Below the pieces are notes generated by a model. The model did no database searches. It was not told where the DNA came from and saw only the letters and a list, made by a program, of their open reading frames with translations. A stretch of 64,000 nt of DNA, from contig CM119265.1 of assembly GCA_051294375.1 (NCBI GenBank), positions 8,936,772 to 9,000,771 of the forward strand, written 5' to 3'. Origin of the DNA: Paraspadella gotoi (taxonomy: Eukaryota; Animalia; Chaetognatha). Position 1 is the first letter of the stretch, and each line of letters begins with the position of its first letter. This document shows positions 29,231-43,269 of this stretch, in pieces. Both the position numbers and the translations under genes were made by a program.

Positions 29231-31568
29231 GAGCTTCTCAAAGCTTTCAACCGGAACTGTGGGCGATGGTGCGAGTAAAGGGTGACTTTCAAAGCAACTC
29301 CACTCCAAAATCCTAATTTTTTTTCCCCCTTGAGATTTCGTTTTATTTAATATTAATCATTTCTAAATATTTTTCTTTCAAACTAGTTATGATTTTTCCC
29401 TGATATTTCGCCTTTCGACTTTCTGTCCTTCTCTGACCCTCTCCAACTTACTCCTTTCATTTACCCCCGCACCTTTCCTCTTTCACAAAATCCTAAATTC
29501 CCGAGCGCCGTCGCGAAGGCTTCACGCTTGTTCCCTTCGCCTGTCCTCGCTCATCCTTCACAAAACCTCACAAGTTGGTGTCACGGAAGGTCACACCGTC
29601 GTCGTCGTCGTCGTCGTTGTCGTCGTCGTAAAGTACGCGGGAATCCTTGGATTCGACCACAATTTTTTTTTCTTTTTCCAAATTTTTCATTTGTTTCTTT
29701 CCTTTTTCCTTTTTCCTTTTTTCTTTTTCCTTCCCTCTGCCTTCCGTTATAAATTATAGCTTTCCCTTTTCATATATTTCATCTTCCTTTATCCAAACCC
29801 TTATTTTCTTCTTTCCTTTTTTTTCTCCNNNNNNNNNNNNNNNNNNNNNNNNNNNNNNNNNNNNNNNNNNNNNNNNNNNNNNNNNNNNNNNNNNNNNNNN
29901 NNNNNNNNNNNNNNNNNNNNNNNNNNNNNNNNNNNNNNNNNNNNNNNNNNNNNNNNNNNNNNNNNNNNNNNNNNNNNNNNNNNNNNNNNNNNNNNNNNNN
30001 NNNNNNNNNNNNNNNNNNNNNNNNNNNNNNNNNNNNNNNNNNNNNNNNNNNNNNNNNNNNNNNNNNNNNNNNNNNNNNNNNNNNNNNNNNNNNNNNNNNN
30101 NNNNNNNNNNNNNNNNTTTTCTTGCACTGGCGACCGCGAAGGGCGAAGGCGGGGGCCGCGAGGGCCGCGTGCCGCTTCGGGGTCGAGAGGGCGAGAAAGA
30201 AAAAGGCTTCGGTCGACGCCTCAAAGTCTTCGATCGTGGCGTCGGATTCCTTCCTCTCTTTTTCCTCCCTTTTTCTTCTCTTTTTTCCTAACTTTTTCTT
30301 CCCTTTTTCCTCTCTTTTTCCTCCCTTTTTCTTCTCTTTTTTCCTCCCTTTTTCCTCCCTTTTTCTTCTCTTTTTTCTTCCTTTTTCTTCTCTTTTTTCC
30401 TAACTTTTTATCTTTTTTATCACTTACTATTTACTTTCTATTAGTTTTCTCTTTTTTTTCTCTCTTTTAGCTTTAGTGTCATCTAAATACTTTTAGATAA
30501 CATTAACTTATGATAAAGGACAACGGTTTTTTAAAAATTTAATTAACGACGTTCTTTTAAATATTTATACTTAAGTAGATATATATAAATATATGTATGT
30601 GTATTTATATATATAATATTTTCTATTTTTATATCTATAAACATTATGTATTTATGTATTTTATATTTTTTCTATAGACCCTGAGGAACAACTTAGTCGT
30701 GAATTTCTCCGTCTGTCTTCGTCAACTTGCCTTCGCTCTTCGTTTTTTTCACTCCCTCAACCACGAATACCACAACCACCCCCTTAGCCTTTCCAACAAC
30801 ACCACCATCCCAGACCACCCTTCAACCACCCGCACGACAAGCTGGAAAAGTTTTCACGTTGATGGTTTCTCTCGTTTGTTTGTCGCCTTCGCGAATCTCG
30901 TCTCATATTACACCAAAGAAGATTTCTCAGAAATCGAGGAAAGCTTCGCTTGGATCTTTGCTTGGTTCCAGATTATGAGTCCTTTATATGCCTGAGATTT
31001 ATATTTTTAAAGCTTTTTTCGCCAAGAAATAATCTCACGTTAATTAAATCATGCCTTTTTGATCGCAGGTTCTTTCTTAGTTAAAACTAGTAGCAAGTTA
31101 TGATAATTTTGCTTGCCTCCTTTATTGCTTCTTCTTTNNNNNNNNNNNNNNNNNNNNNNNNNNNNNNNNNNNNNNNNNNNNNNNNNNNNNNNNNNNNNNN
31201 NNNNNNNNNNNNNNNNNNNNNNNNNNNNNNNNNNNNNNNNNNNNNNNNNNNNNNNNNNNNNNNNNNNNNNNNNNNNNNNNNNNNNNNNNNNNNNNNNNNN
31301 NNNNNNNNNNNNNNNNNNNNNNNNNNNNNNNNTATTCTTATATATCACTGAATAATTTTAAAGGAGTTTTTGATTTCTCTGATCGCGCTACTAAGTGAGT
31401 ATCTCTTTAAGACGGGCGCGGGCTTTCTCTTATTCGCGCGCGCTTGTTTTTCCTCACTTTTTTCTTACTAATTTATTTTTCATTGATGAAAAAAAAAGAA
31501 GAAGATAGCAAAGTAGGGTCTTTGGAAGTTGGGATTAAAAGGAACATAAAAGGTTCGTTTATTTGAGT

Positions 31569-31675
<107 letters not shown>

Positions 31676-31689
31676 GAAGACCGTTCGAG

Positions 31690-32840
31690 TGAAAGAACGA
31701 ATTTCACCTCACAAAATCCAGACATCAAAACTGAAAGCTAAATCTAAATTTAAAATTGAATAAATTGTTTACGATGTCGCTATGGAAACGAAGTGGGAAT
31801 GACAAAAGCAAGTAGACGAAGTTCCTACGTGTAATATTATCGTTATGACAACTTGACACTATTTTCAAAGATTTATTGTCAAAGTTCCGTCTAATTTTTT
31901 TAACGAACAATCATTTTTTTAAATGTCTATAAAGATTCAAACGAATTTTCTGCCTCGTGTCTTCGCCCCATCGCTTATTTTTCCCCGAAAGAGAAAATTT
32001 AGACGACGAAAAAATGGAGTCGACGATGACGATAACGACGACGATGACGACGATGATGATGATGACGATGATTACGAATGGGATCTTCTATGGGCCGAGT
32101 CCATTGGAAGACCTCGACGCCGGTTCCGTCGGGTGGGAGAAAGCGGGGTGGGTGGTTATGTGGATAAGTGTGGAGATGCCAAAGAGTGGTCGATGGGTGT
32201 GGCAAAATTATTTTTTTCTCGTTTTTATTGAGTCGCTATTGGGTCTTAAGTAGGGAAGTAATAGATAAGGCGAGTGGGGATAAGCTGAGTTATGTCGTGA
32301 GCATGGGGACTACGCTAGCAGTGTCATGATGCGATCGATAATAAGACCATAACACTGAGCAGTATCAAGAAGTTCGGAGCTTTACGGAGTGATCAGCGAA
32401 ATGAAGTTAAAACTTGTTTCAAAAGGAGGTGAACGTTGTCAGGGAAGGATGAACCGCACCATGGAGTGCTATGGGAGTGACGCGGCGTGCAGGGCGTCAG
32501 GGGAACCGAGTTGGCGGGAAAAGGCGGCGGCGACAAGAGGTTTAAAAATGGCGGCGACGATTCCCTCTTAAACCTTCCGAACCAAAAAAAAGAGGAGGAA
32601 GAGGAGGAAGAGGATGAGAGAAAAATCGAGAGGAAAGGTCAACGAGGAAAACGGTGAGGCGAGAAGGGAGGAAAGGAAAGAAGGAGTGGGGAGTTGGGGG
32701 GAGAGTAGATGGAGGAAGAGGGGAGGAAAGAGGAAAAGGGAAAGTAGAGAAGAAGAGGAAGAAGAAACTGGGAAACGAAGAGAGAAAGAAAGCCTTTTGA
32801 GAATACTGAAAGTGAATTAAGAAAGTTAAGAGAGAAAGAG

Positions 32841-32899
<59 letters not shown>

Positions 32900-34096
32900 G
32901 AGAAAGAAAAAAGAAAGAAAGAAAGAAAGAGAGAAAGAAAGAAAGAAAGAAAAGGCGAAAAAGGAAGCAAAGGAGGAAAGTGAAGGATTAGACGTGAAAG
33001 GAAAGTGACCCCGCGCCTTCGTTGCTCCCTTTGAAAATTCATTTTTTCCGAATAAGACCGATCGTCTGAGAAATTCGAGGAGGATGAAAACGACGACGAC
33101 GACGACGATGATGGAGTCAGGAGTGAGAAGGCAAAGGAGGAAAGAAGTTTAAAAAGAAAAATGGAAAGGTTTGGGGAGGAATAAGAAAATGGGGGAAAAA
33201 AAAGAGAATGAAAAATTTGGAAAAATAGTTATAAGTTGGTGGGGAAATAAATAAAAAAGAAAATAAAATATATGAAAATGTAAGAGTGATGGAGGCCTTA
33301 AACGACCCTAGCCTGTCCAAAGTCAGGGGTAAGATAGCTTATTTACTAAATGAATGAATAATTTTTATATTGGTTGTTCCAATTTCATGTATAAAAAAGG
33401 GATGAAATAGAAAAAAAATTTGAAGATGAGGAGGAAAAGAAGTTGAATAAGAAAGAAGACGACAAAGAGGAAGGAAAGATGGAGAGGTTGGAGGAAGGAA
33501 GATTGAAAAGGTCAACCGGGTGACTCTTAGTTGGCGACGCTTCGCTGAGTCTCGACTTTATGGAACAACTGAGGCCGAGATCGAAGTGAGAGAGAAAATA
33601 GAGAGAGAGAGAGNNNNNNNNNNNNNNNNNNNNNNNNNAGAGAAAAAGAGAAGAGAAGAAAAAAGGGGAGGAGAGAGAGATCGAGAGAAGTAGGGAGAAA
33701 AAAAAGAAGAGAGAGAAGAGAGGAGAGAGAGAGGGAGAGAGAGGAGAGAGAGGAAGAGAAGAGAGAGAGAGGAGAGAGAGAGGAGAAGAGAACGACTCAC
33801 GCTATGCTAAAAATAAACTTCAAACTGAAGGCAAAGCGATTGGATATTTGTTCAGTTAAAAAAGGAAAGCAGCGACGTCAATCGAAATTAAAACTCATCA
33901 AAGATAGTTATAAATTTTTCTACACATTTGTACATCTTTTAAAAAAATACGGCATCTTTCATTCGCGCAAATTTTCTCGGACGAGTTTAAAGCGTCCGTC
34001 CCTTAAATCAGACCGCGGAGACAAGACGCGAGGATTCGAAATTCAATTAAGTATTTTCGTTTAACGCAATTTGTTAGATAGTGGAAGGAGCAGAGA

Positions 34097-34142
<46 letters not shown>

Positions 34143-35229
34143 AGAGAGGAGAGAGATGAGAGAGAGAAGAGAGAGAGAGAGAGGGTGGGTAGGAATCCCA
34201 AACCGGATTTAAGGAAAGAGAAGTTGAGAAAAATTAGACATGGCCGAAAATGATGGAATTAAGGATGTTCCCTCGACGAAAACTCTCGAAGATGTCTCGT
34301 CGAAAGGACTTGAGGAAGACGACGGAGAGACGACGACGACGACGTATTTGATTGATGATTGATGACCGATGAAGACGATTAACTATGACGATGACTGACA
34401 TTATTAAAGCGGAGAAAAAGAATAAAAGGCAACAAAAACAGAAAAAAAGCAATATTGACGCTGATGAAAAAGGGCGACCTACGACGAAGAAAGAACGACG
34501 AATATAACAAAGAGAAAGAACGCGAAGTAAATAGAAGGAAAGATAATCCCTTGTACATTTAAATGATAAAAAATGAACCACAAATACAATAAATATTAAC
34601 ATAAATGAACTTTAAAAAATTAAAGACAAACGACTAACATTAAAAAAATCAAAAAATTCCGAATGAATATATAATAAACAACAAACATATTAAGACGGAA
34701 GACGAAGACGAGACGAAGACCATTTCAATTTCGCCTTTCCCTTTCGCCGCTTCAATTTCGCCTTTCCATTTCGCCTCCCTTTCGCCTGTCAGATTGCCGT
34801 TTCCATTTCGCCTTTCCCTATCGCCCTTTCAATTCGCGCTTTCCAGTTCGCACTTTCCCTTTTCGCCCTTAATATTCGCCTGTTCCATTTCGCCTTTCCC
34901 TTTCGCCCTTCAATTCGCCTTCCATTTCGCCTCCCTTCGCCCTTCAATTTGCCTTTCCATTTCGCCTTTCCCTTTCGCCTCAATTTGCCTTTCCATTTCG
35001 CCTTTTCCCTTTCGCCCTTCAATTCGCCTTTCCATTTGCGCCTTTCCCTTTCGCCCTTATAATTCGCCTTTCCATTTCGCCATCGTCTTCCTCCTCCGAT
35101 GCTAATCGATCGATGAACTTCGATTAATTAGGCTCAGGACTCAAGTCGCACGTCTACCGGATCGTCGTCGTCGTCGTGTTGTGTTTCTGTCGTTACTGTT
35201 TCTAAAGAGAGAGCTGATATTCAGATCGT

Positions 35230-35285
<56 letters not shown>

Positions 35286-36909
35286 CTCTTCTCTCTCTCT
35301 CTTTCATAAACACGGAAACCGGAGTCGCGGAATACGAAATCGGCGCCATCATATTTTTGCAGCATGGTCGCGCCAAGTAACGCCGAATGTGGCGTCCCTG
35401 TCTTCGAGAGGAAAATCAACTGAGGCGCCATGAAGCATCTAGATGTCAAAACCGATTGCCGCATGACAGCGAGCGACGATGACAGAGACGTGATGGAAAA
35501 CTGATAGGCACTGATAAGAAGCGGGTTAATGACAAAGGCCAATGACAAGCGACACTGAATAACATGGCGTCATTGATTGAAATGACGCCAATGACAGCGA
35601 CGTTTGATGGGAAACGACACAGTTGACAGCGACGCCAATTGACAGCGACGCCGAATGACATGCGACGGCAGATGACAGCGACATCGATTGACAGACGTCG
35701 GAATCTTCAACGTTGTGCGCCGTTAGTCGCAAAAAGCTCAAGTAAAAACCAGAGGAAGTTGGGGTGGCGCGGTGGCGGTATGGCGATTGGTAGGTAGCGG
35801 CTGGGTTGTGGTGTTGATAGCCTGAAGAGAGGCAGAGGTGGTAACGGGTATGGACTCTGAAGTCAAATGATAAATATTAATGTGACGAAGTCGACAGTAA
35901 AAAACGGTATCGTCAACTCTAGAGAGAAAGAAAACTTACGACAAAAGGAGTTCCATGTAGGGATTTCCACATTCTAAACCGACATAAAAATGAAATCACA
36001 AACAAAACATTTGAGGATTTTGAGACTTAATATCTACCTTCGACTAAGATTAATATATATTAATGTGGACTAATTAATATCATATGGATAAATGATATAA
36101 TCAACACTTCCGTCCGCGCATCAAACCTGTCTCATTGTTCCTCGTTCTCTTGATTATATTCGCCCTTAATTTTATTTCTTAATTACTGTAGCTTCGGTCT
36201 CATTTTTACCGAGTAAGATGTGCCAATATCGCTACACGCCCCAATCACCCCCAATCACCCATACTCTCCCCACATCGCCGCTCGCCATTCAAAACACCTC
36301 GACCGTGTGTTCGATAACGAAGTGAATCAGTATCTTTCCTTCAAGGACGCACTAGACCAAGAGAAGCCCTTTTTCTAGACAAGACACGATTCCCCAGATC
36401 AGCACACGAAAAATAAAAAGCATTCGGCCAATCGGAAGGGAGGTTCGGAAAAAAAAACGACGGTGGAACGGCCAATCATGATGGCTGGTTAATGAATAGT
36501 CTTTGACCAATCATGAATGCAGACGGCTCGCTCGCGAAGGCATCAACGACTTAGAGTGGGGTCGAAGGGCGGATTGAGGGAATAGAAAAAAGAGGGAGGG
36601 AGAAAAGAAGGAAGGGAGGAAGGAGGAGGAAAAAGAGGAAGGAGGAAGGTGAGGAGGAGAAAGAGAGAACCGAGATAGGCTACTTGAGCAGCGCGAGGGA
36701 AGCCGGGCCGGTGCTCCGCGACGACCGCCTGACTGCCCCGTTGGCGGGCCGGCAGTTCGAGCAAAGCCGTCCGACCGCCGACCGACAAAAACCGGATGCC
36801 CGACCGGGCCAAGAAGAAAAGACCATCGCCGGCCTTTCGCTCCTCGCTTTCTCGCCATCCATTTTTCAGTTCCAACAGATCACTGTGTTCTTCTCTCTCC
36901 TCTCTCTCT

Positions 36910-36940
<31 letters not shown>

Positions 36941-37170
36941 CTCTCTCTCTCTCTCTCTTCTCTCTCTCTTTTCCTCTTCTGTCTCTCTCTCTCTCTCTCT
37001 TCTCTCTCTCTTCTTCGTCTCTGTCTCTGCTCTCTCCTCTCTCTCTCTTATTTCTTTCTTTTCTTTTTCCGCCCTCTTCTTAATTATTTCTTTTTTTAAA
37101 TTCTTTTTTCTCCCTCTTGCTCTTCAAGACGCCGTTTGTCCCGGTGCATAAAATTCCGTTTCACCGCCTC
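31690..37170 (+). repeat. Block B (~5.5 kb), copy 1
   Basis: Starts aaagaacgaatttcacctcacaaaatccaga and ends gacgccgtttgtc..ccggtgcataaaat. The same anchors occur at 43270 and ~48875-48900. Internal 25-N gap at 33614-33638. Confidence 0.93.
34722..35082 (+). repeat. 38-bp minisatellite (ttcgcctttccat-ttcgcctttccct-ttcgcccttcaa)n built of 13+13+12 nt subunits
   Basis: Directly visible tandem array. Equivalent arrays at ~38143-38283 (short), ~41089-41449 and ~46427-46780. Confidence 0.9.
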
Positions 37171-37191
37171 TCTCTCTCATCTCTCTCTTTT

Positions 37192-37226
<35 letters not shown>

Positions 37227-37228
37227 GA

Positions 37229-37523
37229 CTCACGCTATGCTAAAATAAACTTCAAACTGAAGGCAAGCGATTGGATATTTGTTGCAGTAAAAAAAGGAAA
37301 GCAGACGACTTCAATCGAAAATTAACTCATCAAAATAGTTATAATTTTTCTACACATTTGTACATCTTTTAAAAAATACGGCATCTTTCATTCCGCGCAA
37401 ATTTTCTCGGACGAGTTAAAGCGTCCGTCCCCTTAAATCAGACCGACGGAGAACAAGACCCGAGGATTCGAAATTCAATTAAGATTTTTCGTAACGCAAT
37501 TTGTAGAGTGGAAGGAGCAGAGA

Positions 37524-37569
<46 letters not shown>

Positions 37570-38442
37570 AGAGAGGAGAGAGATGAGAGAGAGAAGAGAG
37601 AGAGAGAGAGGGTGGGTAGGAATCCCAAACCGGATTAAGGGAAAGAGAAGTTGAGAAAAATAGACATGGCGAAAAATTGATGGAATTAAGGGGATGTTCC
37701 CTCGACGAAAACTCTCGAGATGTCTCGTCGACGAAGGACTTGAGGAAGACGACGACGACGACGACGACGACGACGATGTTGATGATGATGATGACGATGA
37801 AGACGATAACTATGACGATGACTGACATTATTAAAGCGGAGAAAAATAATAAAGGCAACAAAGACAAGAAAAAAAGCAATATTGACGCTGATGAAAAGGG
37901 CGACCTACGACGAAGAAAGAACGACGAATTAACAAAGAAAGAACGCCGAAGTAAATAGAAGGAAAGATAATCCCTGTACATTAAATGATAAAAAATGAAC
38001 CACAAATAACAATAAAATATTAACATAAATGAACTTTAAAAAATTAAAACAAACGACCAACATTAAAAAATCAAAAATTTCCAAGATATATATTAATAAC
38101 AACAAACAATTAACGACGAAGACGAAGACGAAGACGAAGACGATTTCAATTTCGCTTTTTCCTTTCGCCCTCCAATTCGCCTTTCCATTTCGCCTTTCCC
38201 TTTCGCCCTTCAATTCGCCTTTCCATTTCGCCTTTCCCTTTCGCCCTTAAATTCGCCTTTCCATTTCGCCTTTCCATTTCGCCGATCTTTCTTCCTCCTC
38301 CGATGCTAATCGATCAGATGGAACTTCGATTAATTAGGCTCAGGACTCAAGAGTCGCGACGTCTACCGGATCGTCGTCGTCGTCGTTGTTGTTGTTTCTG
38401 TCGTTACTGTTTCTAAAGAGAGAAGCTGATATATCAGGTATC

Positions 38443-38478
<36 letters not shown>
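37229..38478 (+). repeat. Block B, partial copy (equivalent to ~33795-35270)
   Basis: Begins actcacgctatgctaaaataaacttcaaactgaaggc as at 33795. Ends at the 25-N gap 38479-38503. Confidence 0.9.
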
Positions 38479-38503
38479 NNNNNNNNNNNNNNNNNNNNNN
38501 NNN

Positions 38504-40463
38504 GGTGGGAGGAAAAGCAGGTGCGTGTTATGTGATAAGTGTGGAGATGCCAAAGAGGGTCGATGGCGTTTGTGGCAAAATTATTTTTTTTCTCTTTTTA
38601 TTGAGTCGCTATTGGGTCTTAAGTAGGGAAGTAATAGAATAAGGCGATGGGGAAAGCTGAGTTATGTCAGTGGAGCATGGGGACTACGCTAGCAGTGTCA
38701 TGATGCGATCGATAATAAGACCATGAACACTGAGGCAAGCAGTATCAAGAAACGTTCGGAGCTATACGGAGTGATCAGACGAAATTAAGTTAAAACTTGT
38801 TTCAAAAAGGAGATGAACGTTTTCATGGGGAAGGCATGAAAACCGCACCATGGAGTGCGTATGGAGTGACGCGGCGTTGCAGGGCGTCAGGGGAATCCGA
38901 GTTGCGGGAAAAGGCGGCGGCGACAAGAGGTTTTAAAAAAATGCGGCGACCGATTCCCTCTTAAACCTTCGAACCAAAAAAAGAGGAGGAAGAGGATGAG
39001 AGAAAATCGAGAGGAAAGGTCAACGAGGGAAAACGGTGAGGCGAGAAGAGGAAAGGAAAGAGGAGTGGGGAGTTGGGGGGAGAGTAGATTGGTAGGAAGA
39101 GGGGGAGGAATGGAGGAAAGGTGCAGTAGAGAAGAAGAGAAGAAGAAAACTGGGGAGGAAACGAAGGAGAGAGAAAAGAAAGCCTTTTGAGCATACTGAA
39201 AGTGAATTAAAAAGTTAAGAGAAAAGAGAAGAAAGAAAGAAGGAAAGAAGAAGAAAGAAAGATCAAGAAAGAAAGAAAAGAAAGAAAGAAAAGAGAGAAA
39301 GAAAAAAATAGAAAGGAAAGAAAGAAAAGAGAGAAAGAAAGAAGAAAGAAAAGGCGAAAAGAAAGCAAGGGAAAGTGAAGATTAGAACGTGAAAGGAAAT
39401 GACCCGCGCCTTCGTTGCTCCCTTTGAAAAATTCAATTTTTTCCGTAATAAGGACCGATCGTTGAGAAATTCGAGGAGGATGAAAACGACGACTACGACG
39501 AGATGATGGAGTCAGAAGTGAGAAGGCGAAGGAGGAAAGAAGTTGAAAAAGAAAAATGGAAAGGTTTGGGGGAGGAATAAGAAAATGGTGGGAAAAAAAA
39601 GAGAAGAAAAAATTTGGAAAAATAGTTATAAGTTGGTGGGGAAAATAAATAAAAAAGAAAATAAAATATATGAAAATGTAAGAGTGATGGAGGCCTTAAA
39701 CGACCCTAGCCTGTCCAAATCAGGGGTAAGATACTATTTACTAAATGAAATGAATAATTTTATATTGGTTGTTCAATTTTCAGGTATAAAAAAGGGATGG
39801 ATAATAGAAAAAAATTTGAAGATGAGGAGGAAAAGGTTGAATAAGAAGAAGCGACAAAGAGGAAGGAAAGATGGACGAGGTTGGAGGAAGGAAGATTTGA
39901 AAAGGTCAACCGGGTGACTCTTTATTGGCGACGCTTCGCTGGAGTCTCACTTTATGGAACAACTGAGGCCGAGATCGAAGTGAGAGAGAAAATAGAGACG
40001 AGAGAAGAGAAAAAGAGAAGAGAAGAAAAAAGGGGAGGAGAGAGAGATCGAGAGAAGTAGGGAGAAAAAAAAGAAGAGAGAGAAGAGAGGAGAGAGAGAG
40101 GGAGAGAGAGGAGAGAGAGGAAGAGAAGAGAGAGAGAGGAGAGAGAGAGGAGAAGAGAACGACTCACGCTATGCTAAAAATAAACTTCAAACTGAAGGCA
40201 AAGCGATTGGATATTTGTTCAGTTAAAAAAGGAAAGCAGCGACGTCAATCGAAATTAAAACTCATCAAAGATAGTTATAAATTTTTCTACACATTTGTAC
40301 ATCTTTTAAAAAAATACGGCATCTTTCATTCGCGCAAATTTTCTCGGACGAGTTTAAAGCGTCCGTCCCTTAAATCAGACCGCGGAGACAAGACGCGAGG
40401 ATTCGAAATTCAATTAAGTATTTTCGTTTAACGCAATTTGTTAGATAGTGGAAGGAGCAGAGA

Positions 40464-40509
<46 letters not shown>

Positions 40510-41596
40510 AGAGAGGAGAGAGATGAGAGAGAGAAGAGAGAGAGAGAGAGGGTGGGTAGGAATCCCAAACCGGATTTAAGGAAAGAGAAGTTGAGAAAAA
40601 TTAGACATGGCCGAAAATGATGGAATTAAGGATGTTCCCTCGACGAAAACTCTCGAAGATGTCTCGTCGAAAGGACTTGAGGAAGACGACGGAGAGACGA
40701 CGACGACGACGTATTTGATTGATGATTGATGACCGATGAAGACGATTAACTATGACGATGACTGACATTATTAAAGCGGAGAAAAAGAATAAAAGGCAAC
40801 AAAAACAGAAAAAAAGCAATATTGACGCTGATGAAAAAGGGCGACCTACGACGAAGAAAGAACGACGAATATAACAAAGAGAAAGAACGCGAAGTAAATA
40901 GAAGGAAAGATAATCCCTTGTACATTTAAATGATAAAAAATGAACCACAAATACAATAAATATTAACATAAATGAACTTTAAAAAATTAAAGACAAACGA
41001 CTAACATTAAAAAAATCAAAAAATTCCGAATGAATATATAATAAACAACAAACATATTAAGACGGAAGACGAAGACGAGACGAAGACCATTTCAATTTCG
41101 CCTTTCCCTTTCGCCGCTTCAATTTCGCCTTTCCATTTCGCCTCCCTTTCGCCTGTCAGATTGCCGTTTCCATTTCGCCTTTCCCTATCGCCCTTTCAAT
41201 TCGCGCTTTCCAGTTCGCACTTTCCCTTTTCGCCCTTAATATTCGCCTGTTCCATTTCGCCTTTCCCTTTCGCCCTTCAATTCGCCTTCCATTTCGCCTC
41301 CCTTCGCCCTTCAATTTGCCTTTCCATTTCGCCTTTCCCTTTCGCCTCAATTTGCCTTTCCATTTCGCCTTTTCCCTTTCGCCCTTCAATTCGCCTTTCC
41401 ATTTGCGCCTTTCCCTTTCGCCCTTATAATTCGCCTTTCCATTTCGCCATCGTCTTCCTCCTCCGATGCTAATCGATCGATGAACTTCGATTAATTAGGC
41501 TCAGGACTCAAGTCGCACGTCTACCGGATCGTCGTCGTCGTCGTGTTGTGTTTCTGTCGTTACTGTTTCTAAAGAGAGAGCTGATATTCAGATCGT

Positions 41597-41652
<56 letters not shown>

Positions 41653-43244
41653 CTCTTCTCTCTCTCTCTTTCATAAACACGGAAACCGGAGTCGCGGAAT
41701 ACGAAATCGGCGCCATCATATTTTTGCAGCATGGTCGCGCCAAGTAACGCCGAATGTGGCGTCCCTGTCTTCGAGAGGAAAATCAACTGAGGCGCCATGA
41801 AGCATCTAGATGTCAAAACCGATTGCCGCAACGATGCCGATGACAGCGACGACGATGACAGAGACGTTGATGGAAAACGATGGCAGTGATAAAGACGGTA
41901 ATGACAAAGGCAATGACAGCGACACTAATAACAGCGTCGATGATGGAAATGACGCCAATGACAGCGACGTTGATGGAAACGACACCAGTGACAGCGACGC
42001 CAATGACAGCGACGCCAATGACAGCGACGGCAATGACAGCGACATCGATGACATGAACGTCGGAATCTTCAACGTTGTCGCCGTTGAGTCGCAAAAGCTT
42101 CAAGTAAAACCAGAGGAAGTTGGGGTGGCGGCGGTGGCGGTGATGGCGATGGTGGTAGCGGCGGTGGTTGTGGTGGTGATAGCCTGAAGAGAGGCAGAGG
42201 TGGTAACGGTATGGACTCTGAAGTCAAATGATAAAATTATTAATGTGACGAAGTCGACAGTAAAAAACGGTATCGTCAACTCTATGAGAGAAAAACGTAC
42301 GCACAAAAGGATCCATGTAGGGATTTCCACATTTCTAAACCGACATAAAAATTAAATCGACAAAACAAAACATTTGAGTATTTTGAGACTTAATATCTAG
42401 CCTTCGACTAAGATATAATATATATTATGGTGGACTAATAATATCAATGATAAATATATATATCATACACTTCCTTCCGCGCATCAAGCCTGTCTCATTT
42501 GTTCCTCGGTTCCTTATTTATTATTTCGCCCTTAATTTTATTTTTGCTTAATTTCTGTAGCTTCGTCTCATTTTTACCGAGTAAGATGTGCCAATATCGC
42601 TACACGCCCCATCACCCCATCACCCCATACTCTCCCCACATCGCCGCTCGCCATCAAAACACCTCCGACCGTTTTCGATAAGCGAAGTGATCAGTATCTT
42701 TCGCTCAAGGGACGCGATTGACCAATGAGAAGCCTTTTCTTAGACAAGGACACGATTCCGCCAATCAGCACACGAAAAATAAAAAGCATTCGGCCAATCG
42801 GAAGTGAGGTTCGGAAAAACGACGTGGAACCGGCCAATCAGATGGCTGGTTAAGAAGAGTCTTTGACCAATCAGAAGGCAGGACCGCTCGCTGCGAAGGA
42901 TCAACGACTTAAGTGGCGTCGAAGGCGGTTGAGGGGAATAGAGAAAAGGAGGGAGGGAGAAAAGAAGGAAGGGAGGAAGGGAGGGAGGGAGAAAAGAAGG
43001 AAGGGAGGAAGGGAGGAAGGGAGAAAGAGAGAAACCGAGTAGGCTACTTGACAGCGCGGAGGGAAGCCGGCCGTGCTCCGCGACGGACCGGCCTGACTGC
43101 CCGTTGCGGCCGGCAGTCGAGCGAGCCGTCCGACCGCCCGACCGACAAAACCGACTGCCCGACCGGCCAAGAAGAAAAAGACCATCGCCGGCCTTTCGCT
43201 CCTCGCTTCTTTCGCCATCCATTTTCAGTTCCAACAAGATCACG
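38504..43244 (+). repeat. Block B, copy 2 (equivalent to ~32134-36883)
   Basis: Flanked by 25-N gaps on both sides. 40006-41830 appears identical to 33639-35463 (offset 6367); the ORF track gives identical translations, e.g. 33804..34064 and 40171..40431. Confidence 0.93.
42719..42875 (+). promoter_or_regulatory. Cluster of five co-oriented CCAAT boxes with an ETS-like CGGAAGTG, upstream of a CpG-rich patch (promoter-like)
   Basis: CCAAT at 42722, 42761, 42794, 42834 and 42867 (spacing 39/33/40/33) in NF-Y-like contexts (gaccaatgag, cgccaatcag, ggccaatcgg, ggccaatcag, gaccaatcag). cggaagtg at 42799. GC/CpG-rich 43050-43220. Noisier equivalents at ~36355-36515 and ~48070-48230. Confidence 0.45.
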
Positions 43245-43269
43245 NNNNNNNNNNNNNNNNNNNNNNNNN

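Noticed and set aside
34722-35082. Regular 38-bp repeats as a possible CRISPR-like array
   Set aside because: Units are directly adjacent with no unique spacers, no cas genes, and the context is a eukaryotic intron.
41810-42187. 125-aa Asp/Asn/Ser-rich ORF with SDAND repeats, superficially like a biomineral or adhesin protein
   Set aside because: Arises from a 15-nt gacagcgacgccaat tandem repeat that is open in several frames and on both strands. Its start lies across a read junction and it has no signal peptide or splice context. The other copies are frameshifted, although those are noisy.
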